NCBI GenBank assembly: GCA_964291215.2
Contig: OZ219790.1
Location: 96,001 to 160,000 of the forward strand
Origin: Alphaproteobacteria bacterium
GTDB taxonomy: Bacteria > Pseudomonadota > Alphaproteobacteria > MPNO01 > UBA830
Reading direction: 5' to 3'
Length of the DNA: 64,000 nt
This document shows, in pieces, positions 30,210 through 40,801 of this stretch. Position 1 is the first letter of the stretch. Each line of letters starts with the position of its first letter. The translations under genes were made by a program, and so were the position numbers. The notes under the pieces are model-generated. The model was not told where the DNA came from. It saw only the letters and a program-made list of their open reading frames with translations, and searched no databases.

Positions 30210-31757
30210 ATGCCCGATCAGAGGAATTTCTACGTCACGACGCCGATATACTACGTCAATGATTCGCCGCATATCGGCCATGCCTACACGACGTTGTCAT
30301 GCGACGTTCTTGCCCGGTTCAAGCGCCTTGACGGTTTTGACGTGTTTTTCCTTACGGGAACCGATGAACACGGCCAGAAGGTCGAGAAATCGGCAACAGC
30401 CGCGGGCAAGACTCCGCAGGCATTCACCGATGAGGTATCGGAGAACTTTCGCGACCTCGCCGGGCTCATGAAATTCAGCAATGACGCGTTTATTCGGACC
30501 ACCGAGCCGCGACACGCCCGCGCCAGCCAGGCGATCTGGAGCGCGCTCATGGAAAACGGCCATATCTATCTTGGGTCTTATTCCGGCTGGTATGCCGTTC
30601 GCGACGAGGCGTTCTATGCCGAGAGTGAACTTCAGACCGATGATCAAGGACGCAAGATTGCCCCGTCCGGCGCTGAATGCGAGTGGGTGGAAGAGCCGAG
30701 CTACTTCTTCAACCTCTCGAAATGGCAGGATAGGTTGCTCGAGTTTTACGAGCAGAATCCCGATTTCATAGCCCCGCAATCGCGTCGCAACGAAGTCATC
30801 AGTTTCGTCAAGGGCGGGCTCCAGGACCTGTCCATTTCGCGCACCAGCTTCAGCTGGGGTGTTCCGGTCCCCGACGACGACGGTCACATCATGTATGTCT
30901 GGCTCGACGCGCTGACCAACTACATCACAGCGGTCGGTTATCCCGACACCGACGCATCCGCCTATCGGCAGTACTGGCCCGCAGATCTCCATATGGTGGG
31001 AAAGGACATCCTGCGTTTCCATGCCGTGTACTGGCCCGCGTTCCTGATGGGCGCCGGGCTGGAGCCGCCGAAGCGGGTATTCGCGCATGGATGGTGGACC
31101 AATGAAGGTCAGAAGATCTCGAAATCCTTGGGCAATATCATTGATCCCTACGAGATTGTGAAAACCTACGGTCTCGATCAGATCAGGTATTTCCTGCTGC
31201 GTGAAGTGCCGTTCGGAAACGACGGGGATTTTTCCCGAAAATCAGTCCTGAACCGGATCAATGGCGATCTTGCAAATGACCTTGGCAATCTTGTTCAGCG
31301 CGTTCTTTCCATGGTTGGGCGCTATTGCGACGGCCGGATGCCGGCCCCGGCGACGATACCGACGGACGATGACCGGGCACTTCTGGAACAAGCCGCCGGC
31401 GCTATCGCGGCCATAAGAAGGAGCATGGATGCGCAAGCCTTCAACGAAGCGCTCGACACCATATGGTCGCTGGTGAGGGCTGCCAACGGGTATGTCGATC
31501 ACCAAGCGCCTTGGCGCCTTCACAAAGAGTATGTGGAACGGCGAGATAGCGTCCTCTATACCCTTGCCGAAACGATCCGCCACATCGGCCTGTATCTCCA
31601 GCCATTCGTGCCGGATGCTGCCAGGTCGATCCTCGATCAGCTCGAGATCGCCGACGATCGGAGGGATTTTTCCTGCATCGGCGGCGGGCATGCGATGAAG
31701 CCTGGTACAGTACTCCGGAAACCTACTGCAATCTTTCCACGCATCGTGGCTGAATAG
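30210..31757 (+). CDS. metG: Methionine--tRNA ligase
   Basis: TTPIYYVN..PHIGH, GTDEHGQK, GKDILRFH, KISKS. Confidence 0.97.
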   Translation: MPDQRNFYVTTPIYYVNDSPHIGHAYTTLSCDVLARFKRLDGFDVFFLTGTDEHGQKVEKSATAAGKTPQAFTDEVSENFRDLAGLMKFSNDAFIRTTEPRHARASQAIWSALMENGHIYLGSYSGWYAVRDEAFYAESELQTDDQGRKIAPSGAECEWVEEPSYFFNLSKWQDRLLEFYEQNPDFIAPQSRRNEVISFVKGGLQDLSISRTSFSWGVPVPDDDGHIMYVWLDALTNYITAVGYPDTDASAYRQYWPADLHMVGKDILRFHAVYWPAFLMGAGLEPPKRVFAHGWWTNEGQKISKSLGNIIDPYEIVKTYGLDQIRYFLLREVPFGNDGDFSRKSVLNRINGDLANDLGNLVQRVLSMVGRYCDGRMPAPATIPTDDDRALLEQAAGAIAAIRRSMDAQAFNEALDTIWSLVRAANGYVDHQAPWRLHKEYVERRDSVLYTLAETIRHIGLYLQPFVPDAARSILDQLEIADDRRDFSCIGGGHAMKPGTVLRKPTAIFPRIVAE

Positions 31758-32224
31758 CCTGGCAAATCTGGCGATGCCAGCAAGGGATGGACAAGATCTT
31801 TCAGAACAGCAGATTATGCGCTTAATCTTGAAGGATACGCTGAAGCGGCACCAGGCAGCGTGGGGGACAAGGCAACCGGCCCTGCTGCCTGAAGGCCGGA
31901 GAACTGACCCTTCAGCGATTGGATGTGCAAACCTTCCTCTTCCGGCACACCAACATCACACCGGAGCCGATCACCTGCTATGGCATCATGCCTGCCACAC
32001 GGTGGATCTGTTCCACTATCAGACCGGCGGCGAGGCGGCCGAGTGCTTCGGGCTGCAGGAGCCGCCTCACCCGGAACTCGGCATCACGATGGACATGTCC
32101 ATCGACCTGAGTGACGTGGCGATTTCGGACAACGGCAGCGAGCCCAACAGCAGTGCGGCGCAAGGATTGCCGGCCATACGCACCCCGGGCCAGATAGAAA
32201 AGTCGTTCGGCGGATAGGAGCGGC

Positions 32225-33916
32225 GTGGTGGGCGCGGTCAGGAACATACTATTCATCATGTGCGACCAGCTTCGCTGGGATTATCTGTCCTGCTACGGCC
32301 ACCCAAGACTGGACACTCCGAACATCGACGGACTCGCCGACCGCGGCGTGCGGTTCGACAGCGCCTATTGTCAGTCCCCGGTGTGCGGTGCGTCGCGCAT
32401 GAGTTTTTATACCGGCCGGTATGTGAATTCTCATGGCGCCAGTTGGAATTTCGTCCCGCTCAGGATCGGCGAACAGACCATCGGCGACCATCTGCGGCCC
32501 CACGGTATCCGCACCGCGCTGGTCGGCAAGACTCATATGCGTGCCGACTATGCCGGAATGGCGCGCCTCGGGATCGATCTGCATTCCGACGAAGGCGTGC
32601 TGGCGGCCGAATGTGGTTTCGAGCCCTTTGAGCGGGACGACGGCGTCCACCCCAGCTCTAGTCACGATCCGAACCCCAGATACAATCAGTATCTCCGCGA
32701 TCACGGCTTCGAGGCCGACAACCCGTGGGAGGATTGGGCGAACTCGGCGGAAGGTCCGGACGGAGAACTGCTGTCCGGCTGGTATCTGGAAAACTCGAAC
32801 AAACCGGCGCGGGTTCCGGCCGAGCATTCCGAGACCGCGTATATGACCGGACGCGCCATCGACTTCCTGAACGATGCGGGAGACGAGCCCTTCTGCCTCC
32901 ACCTCTCCTACATAAAACCGCACTGGCCCTACATGGCGCCGGCCCCCTATGCGACCATGTACAGCCCCGAAGACACCTACCCGGTCGTTCGCGGCGACGA
33001 AGAGAAGCAGGACCCGCATCCGGTCTTCGGCGCGTTCATCGACCAGCGCGTGTCACGGACCATGTCGCGGGATGAGGTCCGCGATGCGGTGCTTCCCGGC
33101 TACATGGGCATGATCAAGCAGATCGATGACGAAATCGGCCGCCTGCTTGAAGCACTAGAGGAACGCGGGCGGATGGACGATACGATGATCGTCTTTACCT
33201 CGGATCACGGCGACTACCTGGGCGATCACTGGATGGGTGAAAAGGACCTGTTCCACCAACCCAGCGTCCGAATTCCGCTCATCGTCCATGACCCGTCGCC
33301 GGACGCCGACGCGACCCGCGGGTCGGCAAGCGATGCGTTGGTTGAAGCAATCGACCTCGCGCCGACTTTCGTCGAAGCCATCGGCGGGTACCCCCAACCT
33401 CATGTTTTCGACGGCCGCTCCCTGACCCCGCTGCTGCACGGCGAAACGCCGGACGGCTGGCGGAGCTACGTCGTCAGCGAATACGACTACGCGTTCATGG
33501 ACCCCCGGCGCGCGCTGGGTACAAAACCCAGGGGTTGCTGGTTACGCATGGTATTTGACGGCCGGTTCAAATATGTCGACTGTGGCGAATACCCGCCGAT
33601 GCTGTTCGATCTGAAAGAAGATCCCCGGGAACTGAGAGATCTGGGAGCCGACCCGGCCTATGAGGCCGAGCGCTCGCGGTTGAAGGACCTGCTCTTTGAC
33701 TGGGCGATGAAACCCCGGCACCGGGTGACCGTAACCGACGGCATGCTGGAAACCGTCGATGTCCAGCGAAACATCACCGAAGCCGGCATTCTAATCGGCT
33801 ACTATGATCAGGATGATTTGGAGAAAGCCGCCGTGGCGTGGCAGGATCGCCCCATATTTGCGGCGTTCAACCCGGTTTGGGCCAAAGCGCAGAAGAAACT
33901 ACGCGGAGAAAACTGA
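32225..33916 (+). CDS. Sulfatase / alkaline-phosphatase superfamily hydrolase
   Basis: NILFIMCDQLR, CGASRMSFYTGRY (CxAxR formylglycine-type site), GKTH, PHWPY, SDHGDYLGDH..GEK. Confidence 0.88.
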   Translation: MVGAVRNILFIMCDQLRWDYLSCYGHPRLDTPNIDGLADRGVRFDSAYCQSPVCGASRMSFYTGRYVNSHGASWNFVPLRIGEQTIGDHLRPHGIRTALVGKTHMRADYAGMARLGIDLHSDEGVLAAECGFEPFERDDGVHPSSSHDPNPRYNQYLRDHGFEADNPWEDWANSAEGPDGELLSGWYLENSNKPARVPAEHSETAYMTGRAIDFLNDAGDEPFCLHLSYIKPHWPYMAPAPYATMYSPEDTYPVVRGDEEKQDPHPVFGAFIDQRVSRTMSRDEVRDAVLPGYMGMIKQIDDEIGRLLEALEERGRMDDTMIVFTSDHGDYLGDHWMGEKDLFHQPSVRIPLIVHDPSPDADATRGSASDALVEAIDLAPTFVEAIGGYPQPHVFDGRSLTPLLHGETPDGWRSYVVSEYDYAFMDPRRALGTKPRGCWLRMVFDGRFKYVDCGEYPPMLFDLKEDPRELRDLGADPAYEAERSRLKDLLFDWAMKPRHRVTVTDGMLETVDVQRNITEAGILIGYYDQDDLEKAAVAWQDRPIFAAFNPVWAKAQKKLRGEN

Positions 33917-33918
33917 TC

Positions 33919-34404
33919 ATGAGCGTCAGTGCGCGGGACATCGATCGGATCGTCAACGACGCGAAACCCGTCGGCGGGATGGTGTGGAACGTGATGGGAC
34001 AGATCTACATTCCCAAACAGGTGGACGAAAAGGCGATCTGGTGGGAAGCTATCATGCCCGAGGAGAGCTACATTCCGCCCCATTCCCATTCCACCCAGGA
34101 TGAATTTCTTTTCATCACCGAGGGTGAGCTCCAGATGATCCTCAATGGCAAGGAGTTTGTCGCAGGCGCAGGTGAAGTTCTTCCATTTCCCAAGTACTCG
34201 ACCCACGCCCTGTTCAACAATAGCGGCGAGACGGTAAAGGGGGTTTTCTGGGCAGAGCCGACCAACAAGCTGTTTGATCTCTTCAAGGCACTCCACAATG
34301 TCGCCGACGCACATGAGGTCATCCGTATCTCGGATGCCCACGACATCCATTTTCAGCTGCCGGGTCAAGAACCCCGAATCGAGCCCTTGGCGGCCGCGCA
34401 ATAG
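33919..34404 (+). CDS. Cupin-domain protein
   Basis: PPHSHSTQDEFLFITEG and P.YSTHALFN cupin motifs; 2 bp after the sulfatase stop. Confidence 0.85.
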   Translation: MSVSARDIDRIVNDAKPVGGMVWNVMGQIYIPKQVDEKAIWWEAIMPEESYIPPHSHSTQDEFLFITEGELQMILNGKEFVAGAGEVLPFPKYSTHALFNNSGETVKGVFWAEPTNKLFDLFKALHNVADAHEVIRISDAHDIHFQLPGQEPRIEPLAAAQ

Positions 34405-34418
34405 CCCGGCGCCGAATT

Positions 34419-34442
34419 GTAAGCGTTCGTTCATGCGGTGAT
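34419..34442 (+). repeat. Solo IS66-type terminal repeat
   Basis: GTAAGCGTTCGTTCATGCGGTGAT, identical to 44441-44464. Confidence 0.8.
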
Positions 34443-34810
34443 GCCGCTGGCGACGTGCCGCAATCGTCGTGTTGTTGTGATTCGGTCACCAGGAAGTCCC
34501 TGTACGATCGCGAGCGTATTCGAGCCGAGGCGGCGGAGGGTCGCTGTGAGGAGCTGCGCTTGCAGGAGGTGGAGGGGCGCAGCCGCACGAATTCCCCCTG
34601 AAGGCGATTTTCGAGAGCAATCGCGAGAAGCTGGCAGCTGCCCGTGCGGAGGTCAGGGAAGTTCGGCGGACGGCGAAGCAGTCTCTTGCGCTGAAGCAGG
34701 AGGTTACACGTCCGGGCCAGATTCTTGCCGAGGCCGGCGTTGATGCGCGGAAGCGCTGGATTTTTATCACGTTGATATAACCTGATTTTTTGTCGGCCGA
34801 CTTCAACATG

Positions 34811-35383
34811 GCACTACATTCCGTTGAATTCTGTCAGCTTGTGAGGCGGCTCCTCGTGCGGCGGGTTCGACATCAGCCGCCGAGGAGATTTCGGCAACCC
34901 CGGCGGTGCGTGTCTTGTCGGTTGACGATCAATCTGCCCTGGCGCAGGCGCGTGGTGACCCTGGTTCCGCATGCTCTCGCGGATTGATGTCCGGCACTTG
35001 TGGATGCCCCGCGCGGGGATCAGATGCACCGCGGCGAGCACGGCGATCAACAGGTGGGCGGCAATGCACTGGTCGAGCCAGATCGGGCGCAATCCGAGCT
35101 CGGATTTCAATGCACGGAAGGTGGCCTCGATATCCGTGATCCATGTTCCGAGGACGGTCTCGATATCCCGATCGCTGGTGCGCAGCACGCAGACACTCGC
35201 GTTGTCACCCGCCTTGTCGTATTGCGGCCTGTGGCTGAAGCGCACGGCCGTTGCGTTGGCGCCGGCCTTCTCGACAGTGATCTCGTAGTGCCGGGCGACG
35301 GTGGAGAAGCGCTGCTTGAGACCGCTCTCCGGCAAAAACACCTTGTCGTGGCGCCGGCCCTTGGCCAAGAGGTGGTGCTTTGC
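34811..35383 (-). mobile_element. IS1634-family transposase 3' remnant
   Basis: IEATFRALKSELGLRPI...IAAHLLIAVLA; ends near GTAGTGCC. Confidence 0.7.
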
Positions 35384-35435
35384 CGCCTCGAAGCGCAAAC
35401 CTCAGACAAATTTCCAGACATCAAGTTACAGTACC
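35384..35435 (-). mobile_element. IS256-family copy A (left end only)
   Basis: GCGCAAACCTCAGACAAATTTCCAGACATCAAGTTACAGTACC, same as the end of copy B at 39608. Confidence 0.85.
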
Positions 35436-36313
35436 TAAAGCTATTGCAAAATGGTGAAGAAATTGTGGTAGGTAATGTCATTGCCACCGATAACCTCGCC
35501 GATTTACCTGAACAAGATGTCGTTCTGCTTGCCCTGAAGTCCCACCAAATTATTGATGTGTTGGACAAGTTGTCAGGTATTATCGGCACAAATACTGTCA
35601 TGGTGACTCTGCAAAATGGCATCCCTTGGTGGTATTTTCAGAAGTTGCCGGGAGAATTTGAAAACCGCGTCGTCGAAACCGTTGATCCAGGGGGGGTGCT
35701 TCTCAATAGCATCAACCCTGACTGCCTGTTAGGCTGCATTGCCTATCCAGCTGCAGTAATTTCTGCACCAGGTGTTATCCAACATGTGGAAGGTGTTCGT
35801 TTTCCGGTCGGTGAACTTGATGGCAGCCTGTCTGATCGTGCCAATCAGGTTTCTGAAATACTAACAGAAGCGGGATTCAAGGCCCCAGTTCTGGATGACA
35901 TCCGTTCAGAAATCTGGCTCAAGCTGTGGGGCAACCTGACCTTTAACCCGATCAGTGCCATGACCCATTCTACTTTGGAGGCGATCTGCCAGTTTCCACT
36001 GACACGGGAACTGGCGGCTACCATGATGACCGAAGCTAAAGATGTAGCAGAGACACTTGGTGCAAGTTTCCGAGTTTCCCTTGAGCGGCGGATTGAAGGA
36101 GCAGAAAAAGTAGGTAAGCACAAAACCTCTATGTTGCAGGATGTAGAAGCTGGAAAATCGTTGGAAATTGATGGTATGCTGGGAGTCGTAATTGAACTCG
36201 CGAAAATGACTGGCACTCCAGTTCCCACTTTGAAAGCTGTTTATGCTTGTGTGGCATTGTTAAACCATACCATGGCGAAGGAAAGGATTTTCATCAAGGG
36301 TCAAGCGACCTAA
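35436..36313 (+). pseudogene. panE: 2-dehydropantoate 2-reductase (PanE/ApbA family), 5'-truncated
   Basis: LALKSHQ, LQNGIPWWYF, IWLKLWGNL.FNPISA, HKTSMLQD, EID; N-terminal GxGxxG missing, cut by the IS256 end; visibly lower GC than backbone. Confidence 0.85.
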
Positions 36314-36364
36314 CCCCATCACTATTTGTTGATCACAGTGCGACACAAGCTGATGTGGACAAAC

Positions 36365-36400
36365 AGCCATGCCCTGAAGGTTAGCCATGCCCTGAAGGTT
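36365..36400. repeat. 18-bp tandem duplication
   Basis: AGCCATGCCCTGAAGGTT repeated twice exactly. Confidence 0.9.
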
Positions 36401-36530
36401 ACTGCGTAAGTCAATAGTTGGTTGTACCCTTTCATTTTCGCTTGTCTATAAGAAAAATAAATTTATCAGAATAATCTCAAGATCGAAGTCATCACCAAGT
36501 TCTATGGGAGTCAAGGGAGTAGTTGAACAA

Positions 36531-36568
36531 TCGACTCCCCCTCAACATCACTCTTGAGGGGGAGTCGA
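36531..36568. repeat. Perfect 15-bp-stem hairpin (REP-like element or bidirectional terminator)
   Basis: TCGACTCCCCCTCAA-CATCACTC-TTGAGGGGGAGTCGA between convergent panE' and the oxidase gene. Confidence 0.7.
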
Positions 36569-36781
36569 AGAAGCCGAGCCGCAGGCGAAGATTGATTCGG
36601 TGGGGGGACGGGGCGGTTCAGACGGAGCCGCGCGCAGGGCAAGCGAGGTCCGGAGCCAACGAATCGGACTCGTCAGCTCGGGAATCGGTCGGGCCGTTCC
36701 CGCTTGCCGACTGATGCACGCATTGCTCTCTCCGGCATAAGTCGGTAGCCAACGGCATCACGCCCGGACTGTCGTGGATGG

Positions 36782-38305
36782 TCAACTCACGGTGAACTGT
36801 CCCATCATGCCACGATCCTCATGCTCCAGAATGTGACAGTGATACATATAGGGATACCGACCGCTCGCCGGATGATCGAAGCGAACGATGATTTCCGACC
36901 AGTCGTCGTCATCCACCACTACCATATCCTTCCAGCCCTGTTGATCGGCTGATACCGTCGCCCCTTCCATCTGCTCAATCAGGAACGAGCAGCCGTGCAC
37001 ATGAAACGGATGCGCGCCCTGGTTGGAGCGGATACGCCAGCGCTCCCAGACGCCGCGTTCAACCCGTTCATTGATGACATTCATATCCATCGCCACACCG
37101 TTGATGGCCATGTCCATGGCGGGATGACCACCGTCGTCGCCACCATCACCGTTATCCATGGTAAGCATGAAGTCACGAGTTAGCGCTATCTCCCGGGGTG
37201 ACGGGCGGATAATGGTGGCCAACCGCTCAGGCAGCGGCTCCGTATTTGCCTCCAGGGAGTTATCGACAATCAACCTCAGTGATGGTGACGGAAGGGCATC
37301 GTCGGAGCGGTCGAACTGGTCCCCCAAGCCGCCGAGAATGCCTTCTTCGTCATCGTCGAATTCATCTTCGAACAGGGTCAGTAATCCTGCGGGCTTGCCA
37401 TCGGCCATGTCGATAACGATTTCACATCGCTCGCCAGGTGACATTTCCATCGTCTTCAACGGTACCGGCGCTTCCAGTAAACCGCCATCACTGGCAATCT
37501 TGTGAAACGTACGGTTATCAGTAAAGGTCACGATGTAAAAACGGGCATTGGCGCCGTTGAGCAGCCGCAACCGTACCTTGCCAGCAGGCACGTTGGCAAC
37601 CGGCGCCACCGCGCCGTTGATGACTATGGTGTCACCCAGCCAGCCGTCCTCACCCGCGTCATGCAGCGAATAGACCAGATGACCTCGTTCACCGAAGGTT
37701 CGATCCTGGATGACAATGGGTAAATCATCGACGCCATATTGACGCGGTAGCGGCAGCGAGTCGGCCAATTCGTCATCAATGATGATCAGGCCGGCCAGGC
37801 CGCGATAGACTTGTTCGCCGGTCTTGCCATGGGTATGGGAGTGATACCAGCAGGTAGCTGCCGGCTGCACGATGGATAGACTAGGTTGCCAGATAGCGCC
37901 AGGTGCGATTGCCAATTGTGGACCACCATCGACCTCACCTGGCACATGCAAGCCGTGGCCATGGACAGCCACGCTTTCGGTCAGTGTGTTCTGGTAGTGC
38001 AAATTGAGCTCGCTGTGTTGCCGGGTCCGAATCGTCGGTCCCAGGTAGTTCTGGCTGAACCCCAAGGTTGGAGTTTCAACACCGAATTGGAAATTCCAGG
38101 TACCGCTGCGAATTTGCAGATTAATCGGCTTTCCCTCGCCAGCATCGACCAGAGGAGGTATCGGTAGCCGAGTCGGTGTCGTTTCGCTCCGGATGTCGGG
38201 GATGTAACCTGCGCCTAGCAAAGCGGCGCTACCGGCAAGAAACTGTCGCCGAGATAGTGTTGATGACACTTGAACGGTCCTCCTGTTTGCTAATAAATCG
38301 GACAT
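36782..38305 (-). CDS. Multicopper oxidase, CueO-like, Tat-exported
   Basis: SRRQFL Tat motif; HGHG, WYHSH, HPFHVHG, HCHILEHED..MM copper-binding motifs. Confidence 0.92.
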   Translation of the reverse strand: MSDLLANRRTVQVSSTLSRRQFLAGSAALLGAGYIPDIRSETTPTRLPIPPLVDAGEGKPINLQIRSGTWNFQFGVETPTLGFSQNYLGPTIRTRQHSELNLHYQNTLTESVAVHGHGLHVPGEVDGGPQLAIAPGAIWQPSLSIVQPAATCWYHSHTHGKTGEQVYRGLAGLIIIDDELADSLPLPRQYGVDDLPIVIQDRTFGERGHLVYSLHDAGEDGWLGDTIVINGAVAPVANVPAGKVRLRLLNGANARFYIVTFTDNRTFHKIASDGGLLEAPVPLKTMEMSPGERCEIVIDMADGKPAGLLTLFEDEFDDDEEGILGGLGDQFDRSDDALPSPSLRLIVDNSLEANTEPLPERLATIIRPSPREIALTRDFMLTMDNGDGGDDGGHPAMDMAINGVAMDMNVINERVERGVWERWRIRSNQGAHPFHVHGCSFLIEQMEGATVSADQQGWKDMVVVDDDDWSEIIVRFDHPASGRYPYMYHCHILEHEDRGMMGQFTVS

Positions 38306-38307
38306 TT

Positions 38308-39608
38308 GATTACGCAACCTGATGTCTGGAAATTGTCGTGAAGCTGTCAGTCATCGAGCTGTTCCCATTTGATGTATGCCTTGGTTTCGGTTTCCCATTT
38401 TTCGTCGATGAGGACCGCGGTTGAGAGGCGCTCCAACGAGGCGAGGTTTGGAAAGACCCTGACTTTGGAGGTGCGCCGCTTGAGCTCTTGCTGGAGCTCG
38501 ATGCCGTTCGAGGTTCGCATACGTTTGCGGTGAGCATCGGGCAAGGTGAAGACAGCGAGCCCCGCATTCTTTTCCAGCCAGTCTGCGAAGCTTGGATGCT
38601 TGTCGCGATAGCTGGCCACGAGGGCGCCCAGTTCAGCCTCGGCGGTTTGGAGTGAGGACGCATTCCAAACGGCTCCGAGCTGTTTTCCAATACGTTTCCT
38701 GATGTCGTTGTTCGGTGCGTGCTGCACGGCGTTTTGCGCCAAGTGGAACTGGCAGCGCTGCCATGTCGCCGCGCCCAGCACCGCGCGTCGTGCTGCTTTC
38801 AGCCCAGCATGGTCATCCGAGACGATGAAGGTCGTACCATGCAGGGCTAGCAAGCTTTCCAGGAAGGCTCTCCAATGGACCTCGGCCTCGGAGAGCGCCA
38901 CAGAGAGCCCCAGAACGTGCCTGCAGCCCCTATTCCGATGGCCGAGAGCACTGCAACATCGCGCACAACGCCGTCATGGCGGGCTTTTTCGTAGCGCGCA
39001 TCCAGGATCAGGTATTTCATCAGCCCAAGGGGCCGGTTGCGCCAGGCGGTGAGTTCTTCGTCGAGCAACCTGGTGGCCCGGCTGACCTGAGAAGAGGACA
39101 GGCTCCCGAACTCGCGCATTACATCTTGCCGCGTGGAAACACCCTTGATGTACATCTCGGCTACGGCCAGCATGACGGCGCGAGAAGATCGCTGGCCGCG
39201 TTCAAGCGACTGGGGATAGAACGGGTTGTCCCCGTGACCGGCCGTCTTTGGCACCTGAACGGCAACAGGGGGGTGTCGATCCGCTTGTAGCCGTTGGCAT
39301 AGCCCTGTCGCTCCGGTGTCCGTTCGTAGTGGCCCGCTTTCAAGTACTGCTCACGCTCGATTTGCATCGCAAGCTCGAAGAGCTGGCCAAAGACCCGCCC
39401 CAGATCCGTTGCTCCGTTTGCGATCAGATGTTCCAAAACGGCCTCAATCGTCGTAGTGTGTCGCAGCTCCATTCGCTTCCTCCATGAAGGTTTTTCAACT
39501 CCATGGGATAGCACGATGGCGCCGCGTTTCACTGGGGGGCTAGCCCCCCAGTGAAACGCCTCAAAGCGCAAACCTCAGACAAATTTCCAGACATCAAGTT
39601 ACAGTACC
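38308..39608 (-). mobile_element. IS256-family copy B, both ends present, frameshifted transposase
   Basis: EMYIKGVSTR, LDARYEK, SDDHAGL, QRCQFH, RTSN..E motifs; imperfect IRs GATTACGCAACCTGATGTCTGGAAATT / GGTACTGTAACTTGATGTCTGGAAATT; 8-bp TSD GGACATTT (38300-38307, 39609-39616). Confidence 0.93.
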
Positions 39609-39628
39609 GGACATTTCTATTTGCTCGT

Positions 39629-39658
39629 AATATACTCCATTTCACCATCACTTTGCAA
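39629..39658 (-). promoter_or_regulatory. Candidate sigma70 promoter of the multicopper oxidase, displaced by IS256
   Basis: TTGCAA-N18-TATATT on the minus strand just beyond the target duplication that contains the start codon. Confidence 0.5.
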
Positions 39659-39674
39659 CGCTCGAGTTTGAGGC

Positions 39675-40801
39675 AGTTAAATGGTAGCCTCATTGCGCCC
39701 ATAGGTGAAGACACCGTCATCGTCCACGGACCACGTGAAGTGCTTCGCCATCTTGTACCTGCCGATGACCTTGCCGACCCGTTCCCCGATCTTCAAGGCC
39801 CCCTCGAGGCGGCGCTTGTCGCGCCGGGTCGCCGCGGCAATCGGTTCGAGCAGGGCCTCGGTGGCCTCGAGCAGTTCCTGGCGCTTGCGAGCCCGATCTT
39901 CGGCCAGCAGCGGGTTGCGGCACACCATGAGGCGTTCGCCGGGATACGCATTGCTGGTGATCTCCACCAGGTCTCTCTCGTCGAAGAGCGACATCTCGAC
40001 GTCGCCGGCCTCCACCAGTGAACGGATGGCCGGAAGGCGCTGATCCAGTCCAGACCTGCAGGCTTGACCTCCTCGCGGATGCGCGCCTCGGCCCCCCGGT
40101 CCCCCACCAGTACCACCTTCGCAAAGGAGAACCGCTCCCGCAGCGTGGCGATCTGTGAGGACACCGTGGCCGGGTGTTGCCGGGGAACACCGACACCGGA
40201 CACCCGTCCCGGTCGCACAGAAGGCCAAACTCGATCTGCAGCTTGCCCTTCTTGCCATCCCGGGAATGACCCCGTTTGGCCAGGGGACACCCCTCCATCC
40301 ACACCGAAGTCAGGAGCACCAAGCAGCCCTCTTCGAGGTGCCGCTTTGCCAGGGACCGCTCGATCCTCTCCTGACGCTCCAAGAGCCAGGCGCCGTAGAG
40401 GGCGTCCTCGTCCAGCTCCGCATCGAGGATCTCGCCCAGGGTGCTGACCGCTGTGGCCTCGGCCAGCCCCTGTGCCGTGGCCAGCTTCGAGGCGGGCTCG
40501 AGGATGCGTGCCGCGATCATGGCCAGGACCTGATCGCGCTCATGCGAGGGCTTCGGGTCGATCAGCCTGTCGAGACCGATCTTCTTCAGGGTTCCCAGCA
40601 CTGCGGCCACATGCCCATGGGGAAGGGAGCGGACGATGTCGAAGGCGTCGTTGAGATGTCGGACTGCGGTTCCTCCCTTGAGGAGGATGCGCAATCCCTC
40701 GACGAGAGCGGGGGACCACTTGGTGAGGTTGGCGATGGTGCGCTTCTTGACCTTTCCGTCTTCGCGATAGGACTCGCGGAGCAGGATGGCGCCGCGCGGG
40801 C
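39675..40801 (-). mobile_element. IS1634-family transposase remnant
   Basis: AILLRESYREDGKVKKRTIANL, SLPHGHV, RGHSRDGKKG, YPGERL.VCRNPLL, KMAKHF; truncated at both ends. Confidence 0.85.

Noticed and set aside
35000-36313. 437-aa ORF suggesting a novel N-terminal fusion to PanE
   Set aside because: The first ~145 codons are antisense IS1634 and the IS256 end read through by chance.
35384-39608. Composite transposon IS256-panE-oxidase-IS256
   Set aside because: Copy B has its own TSD (GGACATTT), so it is an independent simple insertion.
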